64,000 nucleotides of DNA, from NCBI GenBank assembly GCA_000997385.1, contig LCBT01000002.1, positions 119,424 through 183,423 of the forward strand. The letters are read 5' to 3'. The translations under genes were made by a program, and so were the position numbers. Origin of the DNA: Candidatus Daviesbacteria bacterium GW2011_GWA1_41_61 (GTDB taxonomy: Bacteria; Patescibacteriota; Microgenomatia; Daviesbacterales; UBA10151). The notes beneath the pieces were generated by a model, which made no database searches, was not told the origin of the DNA, and saw only the letters and a list, made by a program, of their open reading frames with translations. Below, piece after piece: positions 59,129 to 64,000 of this stretch; position 1 is the first letter of the stretch, and every line of letters starts with the position of its first letter.

Positions 59129-59710
59129 TTATTTTGCATTTTCTAACCAAGTTGCAAAATTGTTATATCCATTTCCGCTTATCCAATCATAACACTGAAC
59201 CCAACTTGACAGCTTGAAACCCTTGCCCCAATACTGTCTATCAAAACTGGCTGTCTTGGACGGCAAATCCTGATAAATCTTCCAATCTGTTCCGTCGTGT
59301 TCGTAATAGGTAATTCTCCTTCCGTCTTCGCTTGTCACAAATCCTAGAAAATCAAACGGATTTTGCCCCTGAAAAAAAGTCTGTCTATTTTTGTCAGGTA
59401 CGCTGTTTATATGAACGCCAAACAATGTATTTCCTCGATCATAACTTTTTAATATTTCGTACCTAACCCAACGCCTGTTCCAAGTATTTGTGCCAATAAG
59501 AACACAAGTAACGGTTGTGTCATCAAGGTTTGAATTTATAAGTCGTTTTACTGAATCGGCACCGTATCTTTTTGCATCTTCCCAAATTGAGGCATCAAAA
59601 AATCCTGCTTCTTGACCATTCGCTTTTGTAAAACCATGATTTCTTACAACATTGGCACGAAATGTTTTTACATCGTCATAATGAAAACTGAAGAATACCT
59701 GCTTTGCCAT
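59129..59710 (-). CDS. TIR-like domain protein (ThsB-like, DUF1863-type)
   Basis: From the internal Met it reads MAKQVFFSFHYDDVKTFRANVVRNHG ... FDASIWEDAK ... VTCVLIGTNTWNRRWVRYEI ... GVHIN ... NPFDFLG. This closely resembles Thoeris ThsB-type TIR proteins, as recalled from memory. The ATG lies 2 nt after the stop of the upstream TM-protein gene. Confidence 0.6.
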   Translation of the reverse strand: MAKQVFFSFHYDDVKTFRANVVRNHGFTKANGQEAGFFDASIWEDAKRYGADSVKRLINSNLDDTTVTCVLIGTNTWNRRWVRYEILKSYDRGNTLFGVHINSVPDKNRQTFFQGQNPFDFLGFVTSEDGRRITYYEHDGTDWKIYQDLPSKTASFDRQYWGKGFKLSSWVQCYDWISGNGYNNFATWLENAK

Positions 59711-59712
59711 AT

Positions 59713-60114
59713 TTAGTTTATTAAATACACAATAAAAAGCATGATAAAAATTAGGGATAGATAAAACCACAAAAGAGTCAGTGAAGACATTGAGCTTAAC
59801 CAACTGTTGCGCTTGTTCTTTTTATACTTCCGCGTGTCCATGGAAAAATCTATTTCTTTTTCATCAAGTTTTCTGACATCATCATATAAATCACGGAATA
59901 ATCGCTCTTGAGAAAGAAAATAACCGTCCAAAACCCAGAACATAATAACCGGAAAATAAGCAATGAAAATGTACTTCGGATTTGCATCCTTTGCAGATAA
60001 AGCAAAAAGTGCGGCAATCAATGTAATCGCCCATCCTTTCAGAAAAAACGAATTGCCTGCCATTTTATTGATGACTCCTTGAATGAACTCAAGATGTTTT
60101 CGCTTATTTTCCAT
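59713..60114 (-). CDS. Small 3-TM membrane protein coupled to the TIR gene (candidate effector, SLATT-like?)
   Basis: From MENKRKHLEF there are three hydrophobic helices (GWAITLIAALFALSA; IFIAYFPVIMFWVLDGYFL; LTLLWFYLSLIFIMLFIVYLI) and a charged loop. There are 2-nt gaps to both neighbours. No SIR2/SLOG/Macro domain is present. Confidence 0.45.
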   Translation of the reverse strand: MENKRKHLEFIQGVINKMAGNSFFLKGWAITLIAALFALSAKDANPKYIFIAYFPVIMFWVLDGYFLSQERLFRDLYDDVRKLDEKEIDFSMDTRKYKKNKRNSWLSSMSSLTLLWFYLSLIFIMLFIVYLIN

Positions 60115-60116
60115 AC

Positions 60117-60914
60117 TCAAATAATTACTGTTGCTTTTTCGTACAATATTGGTAAACAATCCTGCCTCATTCGAAATTTTGTGCCATGATTGTGCCCCGT
60201 GCGTGCGTCAAAATCCACAAGGATTTTGCCTTCTTCTAATGCTTTCAAAAATCCTTCAAAGCTGAATTTTTGCAACATCATTACTTTTGTGTAGTGATAA
60301 TATTCCTTTTTCCCTTCAATTTTTACTTCAGCCTGAACATAAAAAGTATTAAGTAATTTTGTTCCAGCTTTATGATCCAGATCATCAAAGCCCCAATATG
60401 GTTGTGGATTAAGTTCATCTAGTCCAACACGCTTTTTGACAGATTCAAGCCATTCTTTATGCCTTTTATCAACGCTTTCTGCATCGAAAGAAATTAAAAT
60501 TTTCCGCTCCTTACGGTCAATTACTACCATGAAACCACGATCGCTTCTTGCCAGCCCATGGATAGTAAGGCGAAAACTCATCTCGCCTTTTTGATATTTT
60601 TTACCGTCTTCTTGATGCGTCCAGCCGTATCCAGGCAAAAGGACTTGGGGGACGAAACGAACTGCTCTAGGTGAAGGCTCGGTATGAAAAAGGGTTGTAA
60701 GAGATGAAGAATTGAGTCGTTGCGCTTTTAATTCCCACTCCGCAGCATTTGGAATTGGTAAATTATTTTCTTTAATATCAAGTAAATCTTCGAGTGTGTT
60801 CCCTATCCCACCAGAGTTATCTCGCCGGGCGTTCGTAACCCAACCCATAGCGGCAATTTCTTTAAGTTTATCAATTAATGTTTGCTTTGAATAAATAATA
60901 GGTTTATCTGTCAT
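60117..60914 (-). CDS. Type II restriction endonuclease, MvaI/BcnI family
   Basis: GNTLEDLLDIKENNLPIPNAAEWELKAQRLNSSSLTTLFHTEP parallels the BcnI/MvaI N-terminal catalytic region (ENN ... GE.ELK ... NLTLFH..P). It is about 265 aa and immediately downstream of an N4-cytosine methyltransferase. Confidence 0.7.
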   Translation of the reverse strand: MTDKPIIYSKQTLIDKLKEIAAMGWVTNARRDNSGGIGNTLEDLLDIKENNLPIPNAAEWELKAQRLNSSSLTTLFHTEPSPRAVRFVPQVLLPGYGWTHQEDGKKYQKGEMSFRLTIHGLARSDRGFMVVIDRKERKILISFDAESVDKRHKEWLESVKKRVGLDELNPQPYWGFDDLDHKAGTKLLNTFYVQAEVKIEGKKEYYHYTKVMMLQKFSFEGFLKALEEGKILVDFDARTGHNHGTKFRMRQDCLPILYEKATVII

Positions 60915-60920
60915 TGTTAT

Positions 60921-61730
60921 TTACAAAAGACTAATTTGAGATTGGTCTATTCTAATCCTTTCTTCAGCCATATCGCAATATTCTGGCGAGATATCTATCC
61001 CAATATAATTTCGTTTGAAGTTTAGAGCGGATATTGCAGTTGTGCCAGATCCCATAAAAGGATCAAGGATAACTTTTGCATTTGTTGACGAGATAATTCG
61101 ATCAATTAATTTGACAGGGAAAGCGGCAGGGTGTTCGTTTTTCATCTCTTGTGTAAATTCCCAAACATCACCGTAAGCATTGGCTTTTGGTGCAAGTTTA
61201 AACCTCGGCTTTGCAATAAGATAAATTACCTCATAGGTGGGAAGAAAGTACCCTGCATTAAAATTAAGACCTCCTTTCCTCTTCCAAATAATAATTTGCC
61301 TGACAGGAAATCCAGCAACGATATCTTGACGATCTTGTAACAAGCCATCTTGAACACGCCATTTATGATTGTAGAAAATCGCGCCATCTTCTGGAATTAT
61401 TCTCATCATTTCATTCAAACACTCTTTTTGCCATTTAACATATCCATCATGGGGCATACAATCGTCGTGATGTGTGTATCCATTTTGGAGTGCAGCATTT
61501 GCCCACTTTCCGCCACGCCCATCTTTCATGCCGTTACCAGTTGAATTTTTGAGATTATACGGTGGTGAGGTAACAACTAAATCAACCTTTCCATCAGAGA
61601 TTTGCTTCATTATCTCGACAGCATCACCACATAGAATTCGATTTATAAAATCTTCCGGATATAAAAGCTTTTTAACACTCTTTTTGTTAGACTGATAGTC
61701 TAATCCAGTTTTGTTTATACCTTGTGGCAT
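60921..61730 (-). CDS. DNA N4-cytosine (or N6-adenine) methyltransferase, beta class, SPPY motif
   Basis: Motif IV DLVVTSPPYN precedes motif I DPFMGSGTT. The likely start is MPQGINK at 61730, 7 nt after the LexA-1 stop. The listed ORF extends to 61763. Confidence 0.8.
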   Translation of the reverse strand: MPQGINKTGLDYQSNKKSVKKLLYPEDFINRILCGDAVEIMKQISDGKVDLVVTSPPYNLKNSTGNGMKDGRGGKWANAALQNGYTHHDDCMPHDGYVKWQKECLNEMMRIIPEDGAIFYNHKWRVQDGLLQDRQDIVAGFPVRQIIIWKRKGGLNFNAGYFLPTYEVIYLIAKPRFKLAPKANAYGDVWEFTQEMKNEHPAAFPVKLIDRIISSTNAKVILDPFMGSGTTAISALNFKRNYIGIDISPEYCDMAEERIRIDQSQISLL

Positions 61731-61737
61731 TATAATA

Positions 61738-62355
61738 TTATCCATTGATTTTACTCTTCCCAAGTATACCTACAACCTTACCTAATAATCTAGTCTCAGG
61801 GTATATGGGAATATTTCTATATTTTGGGTTCTCCGGTTTCAGATAAACCTTACCATCAGCATGAATAAATCTTTTAACAGTAGTCTCGCCATCCCAACGG
61901 GCTAAAACTATGTCACCGTTTTTAAAGTCTTTTGCATACCTTACTAAAACAGCATCATCATCCTGTATTCCAGCACCAATCATAGAGTCTCCTTTTACTT
62001 TTACTACAAATAAATCTACTGTTGTTTCAATATCGCCTGCTGCTTTCCATTCAATATCTTCAAACGCTTGCATATATGCACCAGCTGCGCTGATTCCTAC
62101 ATATGGCATTATTGGTTGCGTGTCAAGAGCCTCAAATCCTTTTTGCAGAATCTTTAGTCCTCGTGCCATACCTTCTTCCTTCTTAATAAATCCCTTATTT
62201 TCTAATAAGCGCAAAAGGTCTAAAACTGATTGATTTGAAGAAACATTTAGTTCTTCGCGAAGATCTGCGAGTGTTGGGGGAAAACCTGAATCTTTGAGAG
62301 ATCGATAGATAGCTCTGAGCGTCTGTTTTTGCCGGGGGGTTAATTTACTTTTCAT
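61738..62355 (-). CDS. lexA: LexA-type S24 repressor, paralog 1
   Basis: LexA winged-helix N-terminus (LTPRQKQTLRAIYRSL ... FPPTLADLREELNVSSNQSV), an Ala-Gly cleavage site (SAAGAY), Ser (GDSM) and Lys (VKRF) of the S24 peptidase. The true ATG is 62353-62355. The listed ORF starts at a TTG inside the promoter. Confidence 0.8.
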   Translation of the reverse strand: MKSKLTPRQKQTLRAIYRSLKDSGFPPTLADLREELNVSSNQSVLDLLRLLENKGFIKKEEGMARGLKILQKGFEALDTQPIMPYVGISAAGAYMQAFEDIEWKAAGDIETTVDLFVVKVKGDSMIGAGIQDDDAVLVRYAKDFKNGDIVLARWDGETTVKRFIHADGKVYLKPENPKYRNIPIYPETRLLGKVVGILGKSKING

Positions 62356-62362
62356 AGAGTAA

Positions 62363-62391
62363 AATATACTGACTATATAGTCAGTTGTCAA
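62363..62391 (-). promoter_or_regulatory. Promoter TTGACA-N17-TATATT with the 18-bp palindrome ACTGACTATATAGTCAGT filling the spacer (putative LexA operator)
   Basis: -35 is rc of 62386-62391, the palindrome is at 62368-62385, and -10 is rc of 62363-62368. The ATG is 7 nt downstream, so the transcript is leaderless or nearly so. Confidence 0.6.
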
Positions 62392-62498
62392 GATAGCAAA
62401 TTATACAGCTTTCTTTGAGCCCGTAAACTGCCTCTTCATTTTTGAATATCTTTCCAATCACATCTTCGGCTTTATTTGGTTTTATAGTTGGCATAAGT

Positions 62499-63137
62499 TT
62501 AAGAAATCATCCTCCATTGACCATTTTTCAAAACAGAAATAACTTTACCCTCTAAAACCACGTCTTCTGTAAAGTAAATAATTTCATACTTTGGATTTTC
62601 CGGTTTTAAATAAAGATATGGCGGTTTATCTTCCGAAATAAAACGTTTTACCATAGACTCATCTCCGACTTTTGCCAGTACAACATCTCCCGAAACGAAT
62701 TCTTTTTGACTTTTTACCAATACTTTGTCCCCATCATCTATTCCCGCATTGATCATCGAGTCGCCTGAGATTTGAAGAAGAAAAACATTATCTTGAAGCA
62801 TTGCAACCTGAGAAGAAAGAATTTGCCATTCACCGGAAATTTCAATGGCTTGAAGAGGAACGCCTGCGGATGTAGCACCCAGGAAGGGAGCAATTGGTGG
62901 TTTGCCGAGTACCTCGTAGCCAAGAGGCAATATCGTTATGCTTCGCGCTTGGGATTCGTTGCGCTTAATGAGCTTTTTCTTTTCCAGTTTCGCTAATAGA
63001 TCAATCACTGACTGATTGGAGGAGACGTTTAGTTGCTCTCGCAATTCTTCAAAAGTCGGAGGATAACCCGTACTTATAATATACCTGTAAAGGTTTTCCA
63101 GTAATTCCTTCTGCCTTTCCGTGATGGAAGAAACCAT
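62499..63137 (-). CDS. lexA: LexA-type S24 repressor, paralog 2
   Basis: ITERQKELLENLYRYI ... YPPTFEELREQLNVSSNQSV, an Ala-Gly site (TSAGVP), GDSM Ser and VKRF Lys. Confidence 0.8.
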   Translation of the reverse strand: MVSSITERQKELLENLYRYIISTGYPPTFEELREQLNVSSNQSVIDLLAKLEKKKLIKRNESQARSITILPLGYEVLGKPPIAPFLGATSAGVPLQAIEISGEWQILSSQVAMLQDNVFLLQISGDSMINAGIDDGDKVLVKSQKEFVSGDVVLAKVGDESMVKRFISEDKPPYLYLKPENPKYEIIYFTEDVVLEGKVISVLKNGQWRMIS

Positions 63138-63146
63138 AGCAATTCA

Positions 63147-63175
63147 AATATACCCGACTATTTAGTCGGGGTCAA
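63147..63175 (-). promoter_or_regulatory. Promoter TTGACC-N17-TATATT with the 18-bp palindrome CCCGACTA(AA/TT)TAGTCGGG in the spacer (putative second LexA operator)
   Basis: The palindrome is at 63153-63170. It shares the core GACTA-NN-TAGTC and the same promoter architecture as the site upstream of paralog 1. Confidence 0.6.
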
Positions 63176-63190
63176 GAGGCAATTGTAACC

Positions 63191-63780
63191 GGCATACTAG
63201 AGTGGTGGAGCATATTTTTTTGTCAAATCCCAAACTCCGCAACCTCAAGTTCAAAATCAGGTTGTAGTTTCTCAAACTCCTAAATCTACTACTATTCCAG
63301 ATGGAACTGCTAACCCCAATCCCGACCAATTCGGGACCGATTTAATCGGGGCTAACTGAAAAATATATGAAAACCCGTCTTACAAATTTAGCCTTAAGTA
63401 TCCTTCGGATTGGCGGCAAGAGACTCAGGTTTCTACTTATGGTGATCAAACTTTAGCAGTGTTAACTTTAGATCCTTCCTGTTCGGATGTAGGTTGTAGT
63501 GGTAGGCCAAGGGGTGTGTATATTTACCTTTAAAGACTATGTTAACCAGATAGTTATACCGCAAAACTCCTCTGCGAAAATCATAAATCAGCAGAAGTAC
63601 TTTAGAAATCTTGATGCGGTAGTTGCCGAGGGGTTTTCAGGAGCGGGGTCTCCAGGGTTAGTAGCATTTATAGCTAAAGAAACAAATATTATTGAGCTAT
63701 TTTCAGACGGTATTGATGAAGCTATTGCAAATAAATTTTTTCCACCTTTAAATTTATCCAGTAAAAATAAACTTGTGTGA
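63191..63780 (+). pseudogene. Multi-frameshift remnant of an MQKGF-family / KYP..W-domain paralog
   Basis: Three frames carry consecutive pieces: a Q/P/T-rich linker (63191-63358, no start codon), KIYENPSYKFSLKYPSDWRQE... (matches FSLKYPTSW of member 4), then the ORF 63499-63780. Confidence 0.45.
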
Positions 63781-63822
63781 GTTTGTAAAATTACAGGATA
63801 AGAGGTATGATTGTTTCGTTTT

Positions 63823-64000
63823 ATGAAAATTGCTCAAATTGCACCTATTGTGGAGAGAGTTCCTCCTAAAAAATATGGAGGAACTGAGCGAGTAGTTTAC
63901 GCTTTGACTGAAGATCTCGTGAGACTTGGACACGATGTGACATTATTTGCCAGCGGCGATTCTATTACTTCCGCCAAATTAATATCTGTTTACCCCCGTG
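63823..64000 (+). CDS. GT4-family glycosyltransferase, N-terminal part (runs off the window end)
   Basis: MKIAQIAPIVERVPPKKYGGTERVVYALTEDLVRLGHDVTLFASGD is the classic GT4 (group 1) N-terminus. Confidence 0.55.
   Translation, partial: MKIAQIAPIVERVPPKKYGGTERVVYALTEDLVRLGHDVTLFASGDSITSAKLISVYPR

Noticed and set aside
59713-60159. Small TM protein as Thoeris ThsA
   Set aside because: It has no SIR2, SLOG or Macro domain and is only about 133 aa. It is kept as a generic candidate membrane effector.
61691-61702. Partial GACTAT-CAGT match to the LexA-box core inside the methyltransferase N-terminus
   Set aside because: Only a half-site. It is not palindromic and lies in coding sequence.
1-64000. 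CRISPR arrays, tRNA, rRNA and transposase genes
   Set aside because: No periodic direct repeats, cloverleaf-like conserved tRNA boxes, rRNA signatures or transposase/integrase ORFs were seen by eye. A tRNAscan/Infernal run would be needed to exclude small RNAs definitively.

Overview
The window is a gene-dense bacterial chromosomal segment in standard genetic code. Genes mostly overlap by about 4 nt and several promoters are leaderless or nearly so. The gene content is reduced in a way that fits a Patescibacteria/CPR-like or other small-genome, Gram-positive-type bacterium; this is inference. Supporting traits are FemAB, LCP, PilN/PilO, a dockerin protein, a short HrcA, a DnaJ without zinc finger and a minimal thioredoxin.

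Housekeeping core:
- An hrcA-grpE-dnaK-(methyltransferase)-dnaJ operon preceded by a CIRCE-type operator.
- groES and groEL, separated by two unexplained small ORFs.
- lepA, murJ, rpsT, tpiA, metG, tatD, tsaD, uvrD/pcrA and sbcCD.
- A UPF0182 membrane protein carrying a -1 frameshift.
- A two-component cluster, and cell-envelope glycosyltransferases (UbiA family, WecA/MraY-like, a processive GT2).

Accessory content:
1. A compact minus-strand island at 59.1-63.2 kb. It encodes two tandem LexA-type S24 repressors, each behind its own TTGAC-N17-TATATT promoter whose spacer is a GACTAnnTAGTC palindrome. These are followed by an MvaI/BcnI-family type II R-M pair with an SPPY N4-cytosine methyltransferase, a small 3-TM protein and a ThsB-like TIR protein. 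This is the best candidate for an undescribed system: a putatively SOS/LexA-gated R-M plus TIR-membrane-effector module that lacks a canonical ThsA.
2. A tandem family of secreted or anchored proteins with an MQKGF pilin-like leader. They share a Cys-rich module, a WKxYxN..GFS.KYP..W domain and ILSTFKFL or KW.K.NCPS C-terminal motifs. Copies lie at 29.9-34.4 kb and 53.06 kb, with a multi-frameshift pseudogene copy at 63.2 kb. A MazEF-like toxin-antitoxin pair sits inside the array.
3. An uncharacterized third gene fused to the sbcDC operon.
4. A duplicated gene-end fragment at 54.5-55.3 kb.

No rRNA, tRNA or CRISPR array was seen.
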